IMG/VR virus record: IMGVR_UViG_3300035191_000065
Source: an uncultured virus (IMG/VR IMGVR_UViG_3300035191_000065)
Lineage: Duplodnaviria > Heunggongvirae > Uroviricota > Caudoviricetes
DNA: 41,556 nt
Direction: 5' to 3' (one strand)
The notes under the pieces were generated by a model. It was not told the origin of the DNA. It worked only from the letters and a program-made list of their open reading frames with translations, and searched no databases. Shown one piece after another: positions 1 through 9,580 of the stretch. Positions within the stretch are counted from its first letter, which is position 1, and each line of letters begins with the position of its first letter. A program made the translations under genes and the position numbers.

Positions 1-333
1 CTTCCAGAGGTTTTTCGAAGCGGCTGCAACTTTGATCCGCAGCACTTTGTCGCGAGTGAGCACATCGACCTGGCTTTGCAGATGCTGAAGCAGGGCTATC
101 TTGCGATTCATATCACTGATCCGCTGGCGCCTCATCAGAAAAAACGTTGTAGCCCTCCTGAGTATGAAGCTGTGAGACTCGGCGACCAGCAAAAAAGGGA
201 AGCATGGCAGAAGCTGGTTGATAAATGGGGCCTGAACGATGTCGGTCTTTACAAGAACGTTTTCGGCAAGTTCCCCGATGGCACAGAAGAGGTCTTTCGG
301 GCCGGTGGCCCCGAGGTGAGTGAGGAGTTTTGA
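1..333 (+). CDS. GT2-like glycosyltransferase, C-terminal part (5' truncated)
   Basis: Frame open from base 1 (LPEVFRSGCNFDPQHFVASEHIDLALQMLKQG...LVDKWGL). Aligns by eye with the GT domain of the next gene (IPVETFKRGICPDPRYFVSGENIDFAYQMWMAG...FYNKWHL). Confidence 0.7.
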   Translation, partial: LPEVFRSGCNFDPQHFVASEHIDLALQMLKQGYLAIHITDPLAPHQKKRCSPPEYEAVRLGDQQKREAWQKLVDKWGLNDVGLYKNVFGKFPDGTEEVFRAGGPEVSEEF

Positions 334-336
334 GCA

Positions 337-1995
337 ATGGCACAGCCTTTCTTGACGACAATCGTTCTCTACCATCCGAGACGGCCGCTAAACTGCCTGC
401 TCAATACCCTCGGCGCCCTGGAGTTTGCAACCAAGAAGCCTCACCGTGTCGAGCTGGTTGTCCAGGGTCCCCTTCAAAAAGGTATTTCTCTTCCAAGGGC
501 GAGCGAGTTCAAGTTCGAGCTGGTCGTTGATCATAAAGAGAAGAACGTTGGTCTGTCTTTGCCGCTTCACGAGAGCATCGAGCGTCTTGAGAGTCCGTGG
601 TGGGCCAAGGTCGATGACGACATCACGATCCCCAAGTGGGGATGGGACTTGCTCATCAGGGCAATCGAGGCTGAGCGGAAGAGAGGAGAGTTCGATGTAG
701 GTGCTGGGTTTATCTCTCCTGGTGATATTCCGTCCAGATTGTTTCGTAAAGAAAATGGCCAATTGGTTTTTTATAACGGAACTCACGCAACACGGAAGCT
801 TAGCGGTTTTGCCAACTACGAAATCTGCGATTATTCTGGCATGGGTGTGACTGTTATTCCTGTAGAAACATTCAAAAGGGGCATCTGCCCAGACCCACGA
901 TATTTTGTTTCTGGAGAGAATATTGACTTCGCATATCAGATGTGGATGGCGGGTGTTCAGTACGCTCATATGATGAACCCCACATGTGTACATCACAAGC
1001 ATATTTGTACAAATGCTGAGTACAACCAAGACCGGTGGTCATCGGAGATGATTTGGCGCTCATGTCAGATCTTTTACAACAAGTGGCACCTGAAAAACGC
1101 GCCCCTGTGGAACGCCTGTGGACACAACCTCGAAGAAGAGGTGCCTGAGATCGATTGCGTAGAGGGGGACGAGACCCAGAGCTTCAAGGATAACCTCAAA
1201 CCCGTAGACAGCTTTGGTGAATGCGTCGAGGGGCCGCGGATCATCGGAATCATCGGTAGAAGCTTTTGCGGGAGCACTTTACTCAGCCGTCTGATGGCGG
1301 CTATCGACGGTGTCGGCGCAGCGGGAGAGCTGCACTGGGTCCATGATGCACCGCTCATTGGTGACGTGAAGACGAAAGCTGGATGGCCCGTCACTCGTAG
1401 GTGCGTAAAATGCGGAGAGAAGTGCCGTGTTTTCAGCGAGAGCTTCATCGCCAGCCCCCCGAAAAAGAAGGATCTCTACCGTGAGGTTGCGGAGAGGATG
1501 GGGGTGGACACTCTTGTTGTCTCTGACAAGCTGACGGGTCATTACAGCCAGTGCTGCGCCAGAAACAATGTTGATGGCATTGTTTTGTTCAAGCGGCCGG
1601 AGGCGGCAGCTCTCAGCGACATGAGAAACGAAGGTCAGACGGTCGAGCAGGCCGTCGCCGGCTATGCTGGAATGTACGACGGTATGCTTCGTTGGGCGCC
1701 TCAGTACTGTCGTCGGCTTCTCTTTGTTAACTACGAAGAGTTGGCTGAAGATCCCTGGGGAATGACAGAAAAAGTTCGCAAGGCTCTTGGAATCCCTGGT
1801 GAGCTGCCGGAGGAGAAGGACTACGCAGCGGTCGAGTATCATGCGGTCGGTGGAAATCCCAAGGCGCACAAGAGAGAAGATATCTCCGTAGACGATCGCT
1901 GGAAAACTGAGCTAAGTGCGAGGGAAAGGGGGTTCATTGCTAACAGCCGCGCTAATGCGATCTTCAAAAAGCTCATGCAAAAGAGAACCCGTTAA
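337..1995 (+). CDS. GT2-like glycosyltransferase fused to a PAPS-dependent sulfotransferase domain
   Basis: N-half has DxD-type KVDDD and FVSGENIDF. C-half has 5'-PSB-like GRSFCGSTLL, GELHW, 3'-PB-like FKRPEAAALS and VNYEELAEDP. Confidence 0.8.
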   Translation: MAQPFLTTIVLYHPRRPLNCLLNTLGALEFATKKPHRVELVVQGPLQKGISLPRASEFKFELVVDHKEKNVGLSLPLHESIERLESPWWAKVDDDITIPKWGWDLLIRAIEAERKRGEFDVGAGFISPGDIPSRLFRKENGQLVFYNGTHATRKLSGFANYEICDYSGMGVTVIPVETFKRGICPDPRYFVSGENIDFAYQMWMAGVQYAHMMNPTCVHHKHICTNAEYNQDRWSSEMIWRSCQIFYNKWHLKNAPLWNACGHNLEEEVPEIDCVEGDETQSFKDNLKPVDSFGECVEGPRIIGIIGRSFCGSTLLSRLMAAIDGVGAAGELHWVHDAPLIGDVKTKAGWPVTRRCVKCGEKCRVFSESFIASPPKKKDLYREVAERMGVDTLVVSDKLTGHYSQCCARNNVDGIVLFKRPEAAALSDMRNEGQTVEQAVAGYAGMYDGMLRWAPQYCRRLLFVNYEELAEDPWGMTEKVRKALGIPGELPEEKDYAAVEYHAVGGNPKAHKREDISVDDRWKTELSARERGFIANSRANAIFKKLMQKRTR

Positions 1996-1996
1996 G

Positions 1997-2797
1997 ATGC
2001 GGCGAAAGAAAACGTCCTCTTCAGGGGTGAGCATTGTTATACCTGTTTCTTCGACCAAATACATTGACTACCTTGCTAATTGCTTTGCTGCGCTTGAGGC
2101 CCAGAAGGGCTGCAAAGATCGCATAGAAGTTATTGTATCTATCTCTTACTGCAAGGAGTCATCGGAGTATCCTGTCCAGGTCGATCCTTTTGTTAGCTTG
2201 GCGTATCAGTACGATCACGTGTTTGGGTTCTCTCTGGTTATGGTTGAGCATGACCTCCCGGAGTTTCCGGTAGCTCTGGCTCGCAACGCAGGCGCTAGGC
2301 GAGCGCAGCGACGGATCGTCGGTTTCGTGGATGCTGATATCGTCCTTCATCCTGGCACCCTCCGTGCGGTGCGAAAGATAATTGGGGACGAGGAGAAGGC
2401 GGCGTACTCACCAGTCCACAGGATGAGGCAGGGGCCTCAGAGCCCAATCTACGAGCAGTTCGAGGTGTCCGACTTCGTTGAGAACCGAAAAAATGGCTCC
2501 ATCGACGCTGCTGCGAAGGGTGGATGTTTTTTTATCGAGAGGGACCTGCTCTTCGAGATGCGTGGTTACGACGAGCGTCTGTGGGGGTGGGGCTTCGAGG
2601 ACGACGATATGGTCAGGCGCTTGCATATGAACAAGACGCCTCCGGTCAACCTCGGCGACAAGGGCCTTGCCCCGATGCACCAGTTCCACAGGCACAGGGG
2701 GAACTACAAGCGGCGCTGGTACAAGAACAAGGAGATCGCACTGAACTCCGACAGCATGGTTCGCAACAAAGGAAGCTGGGGTGGGCTACTGGATTGA
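1997..2797 (+). CDS. GT2 family glycosyltransferase with galactosyltransferase-like C-terminus
   Basis: VSIVIPV, ARNAGAR, FVDADIV, GYDERLWGWGFEDDD. Start set at ATG 1997, just after the upstream stop. Confidence 0.85.
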   Translation: MRRKKTSSSGVSIVIPVSSTKYIDYLANCFAALEAQKGCKDRIEVIVSISYCKESSEYPVQVDPFVSLAYQYDHVFGFSLVMVEHDLPEFPVALARNAGARRAQRRIVGFVDADIVLHPGTLRAVRKIIGDEEKAAYSPVHRMRQGPQSPIYEQFEVSDFVENRKNGSIDAAAKGGCFFIERDLLFEMRGYDERLWGWGFEDDDMVRRLHMNKTPPVNLGDKGLAPMHQFHRHRGNYKRRWYKNKEIALNSDSMVRNKGSWGGLLD

Positions 2798-2823
2798 CCT
2801 ACATCCTGAGGACGTGCTAGCTT
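2794..2823 (+). promoter_or_regulatory. Putative sigma70-like promoter with a palindromic operator in the spacer
   Basis: TTGACC (2794-2799), 18 bp, TAGCTT (2818-2823) with extended TG at 2815-2816. CATCCTGAGGACG at 2802-2814. ATG at 2830 has no SD, so the mRNA may be leaderless. Confidence 0.5.
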
Positions 2824-2829
2824 GAACCC

Positions 2830-3180
2830 ATGTATTCTCTCGCTCCTCTCGGCAGTGAAGCACTGCAACAGCCGACCGAGAGTGGCGGTTTACTTTCGTT
2901 GTCTCAGCAGGACTGGGACATCATCAAGCTCCTGGTGAAAATCGGTGTCGTAGGAACGATTGTTAGCCTGCCAATCGGGCTGTGGGCTATCAAGAAGTGG
3001 CCAGAAAGGCCAATAATTCCGGCGATTATTCTGACGGCCGTCGGGCTCGCCATCAAAGAGATGATGCTTTCGCATGGCGAGGAGGAGGAGCCGACCGGGA
3101 CAGAGCTTTACGAGGCTCCGCAGCTTGCTGGCTACTCTCGGGTGCCTGTCTACGTGCCCTATCGAGCCGCTGCGAACTGA
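2830..3180 (+). CDS. Small two-TM membrane protein
   Basis: Two hydrophobic segments flanking KKWPE (KKWPE also occurs in 13212..13757). Begins MYSLAPLG. Confidence 0.7.
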   Translation: MYSLAPLGSEALQQPTESGGLLSLSQQDWDIIKLLVKIGVVGTIVSLPIGLWAIKKWPERPIIPAIILTAVGLAIKEMMLSHGEEEEPTGTELYEAPQLAGYSRVPVYVPYRAAAN

Positions 3181-3196
3181 GCTGCCAAGGTTCGTT

Positions 3197-3250
3197 CATC
3201 CTCAAGACGCTTGCTTTAACATTTAAAGGCGTGATATGTTCTATCACGCC
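3197..3250 (+). promoter_or_regulatory. Putative promoter with two operator-like sites
   Basis: CATCCTCAAGACG (3197-3209). TTGCTT (3211-3216), 18 bp, TATGTT (3235-3240) with extended TG. Perfect inverted repeat GGCGTGATA-5nt-TATCACGCC (3228-3250). This is the longest intergenic gap. Confidence 0.55.
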
Positions 3251-3300
3251 GGCCCCCTTCTGAGAAATTCAGAGAGAACTCCACCCTCAGGAGGATGGGA

Positions 3301-5142
3301 ATGCCTTACGAGCACTACCCCATGGCCGGCATGGGCGCTGCATCAACAGTCCAAACGTCGATTTCAAGAACACCTGCTTCAAAATCGGCCTACTACCCAA
3401 CGTCAATCCCAACCATCGGGAAATCTGCGCCATCACAGGTTTCGACTGTCTCAGTGGCGCCAACTTCGACGGCGCGCACAGTGGCGCCAACGATGGTTGT
3501 GAAATCGACCGCTGGAAAAGCGGCGCCCACAGTTCCGATGTCCGCTGTGAAGGCTGTCGACGTTGCAACTCTTCGAATGTACCTGCGAAAGCGGTATCCG
3601 ATATCTGTCTTTAACTCTATCAACTGGCATGCGACACCGATTCGGGTTCCTGCTGCAAACTATCGCAACTACCTCAACGCAAAGGCCAGAGTCCTCAGGA
3701 CGCTGAAGGATTCGATCACGATCACCGATATCGCGAAGAAGATTCAGCAGCAAGAAGCTGTGTCTCTTGCGGTCGCCCAACAACGTGCGCTCGGCAAGGT
3801 CGAGCTGTTCAAAAGCTGGTGTGAGGGGTGTGATAAGGACTTCTGGGCTGCGCTTCACACCTTTGCATCTTCGGCGAGCACTGTGTATCCGAATCATATC
3901 CCGGCTCTAACCTTCCAATACTGGGATATCCGCCAGGATGCTCGGAACGGAAATGGGGGGAGAAGCGCCCCCGCGCCTGTAGGTTCGATTGGTCTCGGCG
4001 CTATCGAAGTCGGCGCAGTGCAGCGGCACGCTGAGCAGCGAAGAGACGCGGAGAAGCGACGGAGCCAGGAGGTGCGCGATCTGAGGGCTAGGCATGACGC
4101 CGAAAGAAAGGCCCTGGAGACGGCGACCCCTGAAGTACGTGCAGAGGCTCGTGCTCGTCGCGAGCGAGAACGCACGGATATGTTCGCTCGACACGAGGCC
4201 GAGCGAAAGGCAGAGGACGCGATCCGGAAAACAGACGTCGAAACGGCTGGTGGGTCCAAGCGCTCAACGGCGGTCGGGGTGGTCGCCCCCATCTACGACG
4301 TCGCCGCCGAGAAAAACGTTGTTTCGTGCCCTGTCGGTACGGCTCGCATGGAGATCTTCGGTTACATCGAGCCGACGACCCCTTCAACGGCAGAAGAGGT
4401 CGCTCAAGATGCGACCACAGGTACAAGGCTACTGGTGCGGGGGGAGGAAGTGCACCGCAGAATCATGGAGGGCGAAAGGGAGCCAGAGGATCCTATCTAC
4501 GACGTTGCGAAAGACCCAGAAAAAGCCGAGGAGGCCGTCCTTCAAGCGTCCCAAAAAGAAGAGGAAGTCGAGGATATCAAAGAAAAACTCGACTCGAAGA
4601 AGGACGAGCTTGACGCCAAGAAAGACGAGGTTGCGGCCGGAACCGCAAGCCCTGAGGACTTGGAACGTTTGAAAAAAGAAGTCGATGAGCTGACGGCCGC
4701 GCTCGCCGCCGCTCAGAAGGAACACCTCGAAGCAGCTCGCGTCGCTGCGGAAAAGAACCAGGAGCAGATTTACCGTATGGAGGAGGAAATCAATCGCCTT
4801 CGCCGTCTGCTCGCCGCTGGTGCTGTTCCACAGGGTCAGGTGTCACAGGTTCAAGAGACCATTCAGGACATGGAGCAGGATGTCGCCATAGCTGCTGAGG
4901 ATGTTCTGGATGCTGAAACGGAAGCGAACGAAATACTGCAAGATATCAACCTCACCACCCAGGAGGCTGCGGCTACTGCCCAGGAGGTCGGCCCAGAGAG
5001 AACCTGGTGTCAGCAAAACTGGTGGTGGCTACTCCTTCTCGCGCTCGGGGTAGCAGGCGGTGGCTACTGGTACTACCGCCGTCGTCAACAGGAACTTCCG
5101 TCTTCGCCGTCTGGTCTTGAAGCCAACATGGAAGACTACTGA
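3301..5142 (+). CDS. Large C-terminally anchored coiled-coil membrane protein
   Basis: AGGAGG 6 nt before ATG 3301 (alternative start 3295). Leader MPYEHYPMAGMG, Ser/Thr/Pro-rich region, charged helical and coiled-coil regions, TM WWWLLLLALGVAGGGYWYY followed by RRR. Confidence 0.8.
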   Translation: MPYEHYPMAGMGAASTVQTSISRTPASKSAYYPTSIPTIGKSAPSQVSTVSVAPTSTARTVAPTMVVKSTAGKAAPTVPMSAVKAVDVATLRMYLRKRYPISVFNSINWHATPIRVPAANYRNYLNAKARVLRTLKDSITITDIAKKIQQQEAVSLAVAQQRALGKVELFKSWCEGCDKDFWAALHTFASSASTVYPNHIPALTFQYWDIRQDARNGNGGRSAPAPVGSIGLGAIEVGAVQRHAEQRRDAEKRRSQEVRDLRARHDAERKALETATPEVRAEARARRERERTDMFARHEAERKAEDAIRKTDVETAGGSKRSTAVGVVAPIYDVAAEKNVVSCPVGTARMEIFGYIEPTTPSTAEEVAQDATTGTRLLVRGEEVHRRIMEGEREPEDPIYDVAKDPEKAEEAVLQASQKEEEVEDIKEKLDSKKDELDAKKDEVAAGTASPEDLERLKKEVDELTAALAAAQKEHLEAARVAAEKNQEQIYRMEEEINRLRRLLAAGAVPQGQVSQVQETIQDMEQDVAIAAEDVLDAETEANEILQDINLTTQEAAATAQEVGPERTWCQQNWWWLLLLALGVAGGGYWYYRRRQQELPSSPSGLEANMEDY

Positions 5143-5166
5143 AACCTTGGATGAAAGGCACAAACG

Positions 5167-6534
5167 ATGACTTATGAGTATATGACAGGGCTCGGGCAGA
5201 TGACGGTAAAGCCACTCGCCGAGGGCACGATGACAATGCCTTCGAGCAATGGTGGTTCTACATCTGGTTCCAGCTCAAGTGGATCTTTCGCCAAAGGATC
5301 CAACCAGTTCACTCTTGCAAGTGCATCTGGAATGAGGACGTTGGTCGGCGGCGCTTCGAGCACTGGAAAGACGGAGACAGAGCAGACCGCTGGAATCCAG
5401 TTGGTTATTTTCGGGACCATCCTGACGCCGACCAATCCTCCCGGAACTGTCCTGACGATGCCCGAGGAGCGCTACAGCCTCAAGATGTGGAACTGCCAGA
5501 TGTTTGGCAGCTCTTCGGCGGCATGCCGAAAGGATGAGGACCCCGAGTACACCTACATGGAGGCGGAGCTTCTGGCCGATTTCCGCAACGCCATGCTTTC
5601 TCAGGCTCAGCTCGGGCGCGATTTCTTCAACCCTGTCGCGGCTGCAACGACAACGCTGAAAAAGAGACGTGCGGAGGAGGATCGTAAAAGGTTCTTTTCA
5701 TGGTGGCGTCGTTGCCACAAGCCCACGTGGGCTATGTGGCTGACCACACACACTTTCAACGACAGCATCGTTCCGAGAGATGCCTTCAACTGGTTCGTCA
5801 GTCACCACGGCAGCAAGCTGCTTGGTGGTGGGACATTCGGGAAGAGCACGAGAACGCCGCCCTGTCCCAGCTCATCAACGCTCAATAGCCTGTTCAAAAT
5901 CAAGGACCAGTGGAAGGCGTCCGAAATGGCGGTCGCCCCGCCTGCTCAGGCAGGGCGAGACCCAGATACCCCTGTCGAATACCAGCCGCCAACAGATCCC
6001 GCAGAGATCGCCCAGATGACTTGCAAGCCAGGGGCTACTCTCTCGGTTATCGCTGAAAAGCGCTACGAGGAGCAGATGAGGGCAGAGGGCTGTGGTGTCG
6101 TGAAAACGATCGTCAGCGGAGCCCCAGACAAGAACATCTACTGCTGTCCACCAGACTTCCTGAGGCCATGGGAAACTCCTCCGGGGGTCGATCAGCGCGG
6201 GCAGCCTCAGCCGGAAACGGCTCCAGTCGATGATGCTGAGGGGCATGTTACGGTGACGACTCCGACACCGGAGCTAGATGTCGATCTCTCACCACTCGTG
6301 ACGAACGGGAATGGGAACGGCGCTCCTCTCTATACCAATGGCGACCTGTTGGATGAAGAGCCCGGTTTCTTCTCTCGCTACAAGTGGTTCATCGCGATCG
6401 GCGCACTCGCGGCAATGGGCGGAGCCGCCTGGTGGTGGGTGAGACGATCCAGGGCCGAAGAAGAGGTGGCCGAGCTGGCTGAAAACATGATGCTTCCCCC
6501 ACCAAAATCTCGACGTCACCCGTCGGGCCTGTAG
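5167..6534 (+). CDS. C-terminally anchored membrane protein with YEYMTGLG leader and CCP module
   Basis: MTYEYMTGLG; C..GC..YCCPP; NGNGNG; TM WFIAIGALAAMGGAAWWWV followed by RRSR. Confidence 0.8.
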   Translation: MTYEYMTGLGQMTVKPLAEGTMTMPSSNGGSTSGSSSSGSFAKGSNQFTLASASGMRTLVGGASSTGKTETEQTAGIQLVIFGTILTPTNPPGTVLTMPEERYSLKMWNCQMFGSSSAACRKDEDPEYTYMEAELLADFRNAMLSQAQLGRDFFNPVAAATTTLKKRRAEEDRKRFFSWWRRCHKPTWAMWLTTHTFNDSIVPRDAFNWFVSHHGSKLLGGGTFGKSTRTPPCPSSSTLNSLFKIKDQWKASEMAVAPPAQAGRDPDTPVEYQPPTDPAEIAQMTCKPGATLSVIAEKRYEEQMRAEGCGVVKTIVSGAPDKNIYCCPPDFLRPWETPPGVDQRGQPQPETAPVDDAEGHVTVTTPTPELDVDLSPLVTNGNGNGAPLYTNGDLLDEEPGFFSRYKWFIAIGALAAMGGAAWWWVRRSRAEEEVAELAENMMLPPPKSRRHPSGL

Positions 6535-6543
6535 GGGGACGGC

Positions 6544-7329
6544 ATGTCTTACGTGTTCATCTCGCCCTACTATAACGTGACTCGTTGTCCGACGGATGGC
6601 GAGGATCAGGGCATGGGCGCTGAATTCTTCGGCCCAGATCAGCCGTGGAGTCGTGAGAACGCGGGAAAGTGGATCACGTCGGAAACGCGTTCCTGTCCGA
6701 GTTCAAACGAGCGCAGCCATCTTCCGCCAAATTTGGGGCCTCCAAAGTATGCGCACCGGGGCGAAATGGTTCCGGATACAGCCTGCTACAAGACGGGACG
6801 TATCCAAGAAGCAAGAGCGCCTGGTGGCTCTCGTCGAGAAGAATGGTGCTGCCCAAAGCACACCTATGCTCCCAAGCGAACGCTGACGGCTGAAGAGGCT
6901 GATCGTTATCTATCGCTGGGGGTTTGCAACCCCATCACGATGCCGACAACGGGCGAGGAGTACCCGAGTGACCCAGAGTGGCGCGACAAGGATGCCTATA
7001 TTCCGAACACCTGCCACACGACATCGGTCTATGACGGCGATTACAGGCTCATCTGCTGTAAGCGGAAAGAGCCTGGAAAAGTCCGTTTCGTAATGCCGGA
7101 AAACGGCATTCAGTTCGCGGCGCCCAGCGCCGAGATGATTGAGCAGCAGGCTCAGGAGCGAGAGGCGCGAATCGCTGAGACAGAGAGGATGCTCGCAGAA
7201 ACGGCAGAGCCTCAGTACGGGTTCTTTCAACGATACGGCGTTTTCCTGCTCCTCGGCGTTGGAGCATTGGGAATCGGAATCACAGCCGGGCTCGTCAAGA
7301 GGGCCAAGGCGAAGAAGGACGAAGAATAA
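6544..7329 (+). CDS. Cys-rich C-terminally anchored membrane protein (paralog of 9581..10324)
   Basis: QGMGA; WCCPK and LICCK; AEPQYGFFQRYG, TM, basic tail. Confidence 0.8.
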   Translation: MSYVFISPYYNVTRCPTDGEDQGMGAEFFGPDQPWSRENAGKWITSETRSCPSSNERSHLPPNLGPPKYAHRGEMVPDTACYKTGRIQEARAPGGSRREEWCCPKHTYAPKRTLTAEEADRYLSLGVCNPITMPTTGEEYPSDPEWRDKDAYIPNTCHTTSVYDGDYRLICCKRKEPGKVRFVMPENGIQFAAPSAEMIEQQAQEREARIAETERMLAETAEPQYGFFQRYGVFLLLGVGALGIGITAGLVKRAKAKKDEE

Positions 7330-7350
7330 ACCGGGGATCAGGAGAGAGAT

Positions 7351-8232
7351 ATGTACGAGTACATGACAGGAATGGGGACTCAGGCATTCACGGACAGCGG
7401 GATACAACTTGGCCCTGGAGTTCCAGTGCCGCCTGATTCGGGGATCATTTTGGGCGCACCCACTTCGGTTGGTCCTGACCCGGGGATTATCCTTGGCCCC
7501 CCTGAATCCCTTCCTTCAGGTGGGATGGTTTCTCCGGAGCTGACGGTGTTCGTCGACGAGCTGAAGGCCGAGAAGGGACCCTTCGTCTACCTGGACAAGG
7601 ATTCGCCCAGCGGCATGGAGTTCGTTCAGTGGCTCATGGCCTATGACCAGGGCTACATGGACTGGTTCATGAAAATCATGGCCCTGAAGCTGTCCAAAGA
7701 CTTGTTCATGGCCGAGGGCGTTGTGCTCCCCGAATGGCTCGAAGGAAACACTCTTCGGTTCAAGCAGGAGCTGTACAACCTCTACGTCGCCTCGATGAAT
7801 CGTGTCCGGGCGCTTGTCGCCGCTGGAACGACGATGCCGGCCCTCGCTGATATGGAACCATTCCTTCGTTGGTGGGCTGAGGTCGATCGAGCGGGCTTTG
7901 CTGCCTTCATCGTCCAGAACGCTGAGGCTGGTGCCACTCCGACTGCGCTCCCTGTTCCCGCTGAGCTTTTCGCCTTCGCGAAGTCGACTCAGTGGAAGGG
8001 TGTTCCGTCGAACGCGATGCTCGGGCTCGACCACCCGCTTTGGGCAGGGATCAAGAATAACTGGTTTTGGATCCTCGGCGGCGTCGTTGGCGGTGCTGTC
8101 GCGGCCAAGGCGTGGAGAAACCGTCAGGAAAAGAAGGCGGTGGAGAGGCTGGGCAAGGCCAAGACTGTTCCGGCTGAGACAATGGTCGAGGTCCCGCGCC
8201 GAAACAAGACTCCCTGCAAGAACTGCTGGTGA
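7351..8232 (+). CDS. Membrane protein with YEYMTGMG leader
   Basis: MYEYMTGMG; three D-[SP]-G-I-x-L-G repeats; TM WFWILGGVVGGAVAAKAW; tail RRNKTPCKNCW. Confidence 0.8.
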   Translation: MYEYMTGMGTQAFTDSGIQLGPGVPVPPDSGIILGAPTSVGPDPGIILGPPESLPSGGMVSPELTVFVDELKAEKGPFVYLDKDSPSGMEFVQWLMAYDQGYMDWFMKIMALKLSKDLFMAEGVVLPEWLEGNTLRFKQELYNLYVASMNRVRALVAAGTTMPALADMEPFLRWWAEVDRAGFAAFIVQNAEAGATPTALPVPAELFAFAKSTQWKGVPSNAMLGLDHPLWAGIKNNWFWILGGVVGGAVAAKAWRNRQEKKAVERLGKAKTVPAETMVEVPRRNKTPCKNCW

Positions 8233-8236
8233 GGTG

Positions 8237-8548
8237 ATGGCCTACGTCAGGACATCAGCGGCGCCTCTGGGTGTCGTGAGGACGGACACTCCGGAAGAGC
8301 GTGACGCTCTTGTCGCTGAGATGTTGGCGACTCCCGGAACGACGCAGCACTACGTCGGCTCGCGAGAGATCGAGGTTGGCGATACGTCCGTGCGCGTCCT
8401 CCCTGGTGTTCTGACGGTCAATTGGTACGGTGTCGCGATGCTGGGTGCTGTCATTGTTGGCGGTATCGCGGTCTACAAGCTTGTTTTCACAGAGAGCGGG
8501 AAGCGTCGCATCAACGAGATGATGCGTCGGTGGGCGTTGGAGTCCTGA
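8237..8548 (+). CDS. Small C-terminally anchored membrane protein
   Basis: ATG 8237, 4 nt after the upstream stop. MAYVRTSAAPLG; TM WYGVAMLGAVIVGGIAVYKL. Confidence 0.7.
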   Translation: MAYVRTSAAPLGVVRTDTPEERDALVAEMLATPGTTQHYVGSREIEVGDTSVRVLPGVLTVNWYGVAMLGAVIVGGIAVYKLVFTESGKRRINEMMRRWALES

Positions 8549-9063
8549 TGGCATACGAGTACACAACGGCCTTGGCCGACTTGGACCCCGAGTCCTATGC
8601 CTATCGCGAGCTGTACAGCAGGATTGGCGCAGGACGAGGCGCTTTCAGACGAGCGACCGGCCGACCATGTCCCGAGACCGAGGGTGGACAGCGTTTCGCT
8701 CAGATGGACTGGATGGACGCCGAGCTGTACGGCCGCGCCGGTTGTGTAGACCTCGGTACGCAGGCTGTTCGAGCTGGCGTCGAGTGGAGCGATCCAGACG
8801 AAGAAAGACCGTTTGGCGCTAGAGCAATCCGCGACTACACGGACGTCTGGTGTTGCAACCCAGAGCGTGTCGAGCAGGTTTTTCAACAGTGGACTGAGAG
8901 CGATCAGTATCAGTCGAGGCGAAGGACCATCGGCGTCATCCTTGTTGTTGGTGTTCTCGCGGCGCTCGCCTTGGTCGTGTGGAGTTGGAAGAAACGGGTC
9001 CAGGCTGGAGAGGACATTCCGTTCCTCGGCAAGACCGTAACGAGGGTAAGCCATGGCGTATGA
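8548..9063 (+). CDS. Membrane protein with YEY leader and CC module
   Basis: TGATG coupling; MAYEYTTALA; C..GC..VWCCNP; TM followed by KKR. Confidence 0.75.
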   Translation: MAYEYTTALADLDPESYAYRELYSRIGAGRGAFRRATGRPCPETEGGQRFAQMDWMDAELYGRAGCVDLGTQAVRAGVEWSDPDEERPFGARAIRDYTDVWCCNPERVEQVFQQWTESDQYQSRRRTIGVILVVGVLAALALVVWSWKKRVQAGEDIPFLGKTVTRVSHGV

Positions 9064-9577
9064 GTACATGACGGGGATGGGTGCGGGTGAGACGATTTCT
9101 GCTTTCTTTGGACCGGCTTTTCTCAAGCAAGCAACTGAGACGACATCGTCGAATGGCGTGGCAGCTTTTCGTCGTCTTCGTGAAGGTCGCCAGGAGAGGA
9201 TAGCGGCTATTCGCGAACAAGCATGCAGCGGGGTAGGTTGCCCCGATGGCACAGTTCGAGAAGGCGTTCGACCCGACTACAGCGATGCGGTGGCCGCGCT
9301 CGCTCTTGAAAACGAAATGCGCGAAAGAGGATGCTCCCTTCAGTGCATGGAAGATGGGATGTCCTGGTACTGCTGCCCGCAGGCCATTCAACAGATGACC
9401 TTGATGATGCCGACTGAGCTTGAGGTCACTCCGCAGGAAACTGCTGAAACTGCTGCGCCAGCAGAAGAGGCACTGCCCGCTGAGCAGCCGGGCGGCTTCC
9501 CATGGGGAGCCGTCGCGGTGCTGGGAGTTTTGGGTCTCGGTATCGGTGGGGCGGTCTGGTACTGGAAAACGAGGTAG
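9053..9577 (+). CDS. Membrane protein with YEYMTGMG leader and CCP module
   Basis: MAYEYMTGMG; CPDG..RGC..WYCCPQ; TM FPWGAVAVLGVLGLGIGGAVWYW followed by KTR. Confidence 0.8.
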   Translation: MAYEYMTGMGAGETISAFFGPAFLKQATETTSSNGVAAFRRLREGRQERIAAIREQACSGVGCPDGTVREGVRPDYSDAVAALALENEMRERGCSLQCMEDGMSWYCCPQAIQQMTLMMPTELEVTPQETAETAAPAEEALPAEQPGGFPWGAVAVLGVLGLGIGGAVWYWKTR

Positions 9578-9580
9578 GTG

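Noticed and set aside
3228..3260. Rho-independent terminator
   Set aside because: The hairpin lacks a following U-tract and overlaps a -10-like element.
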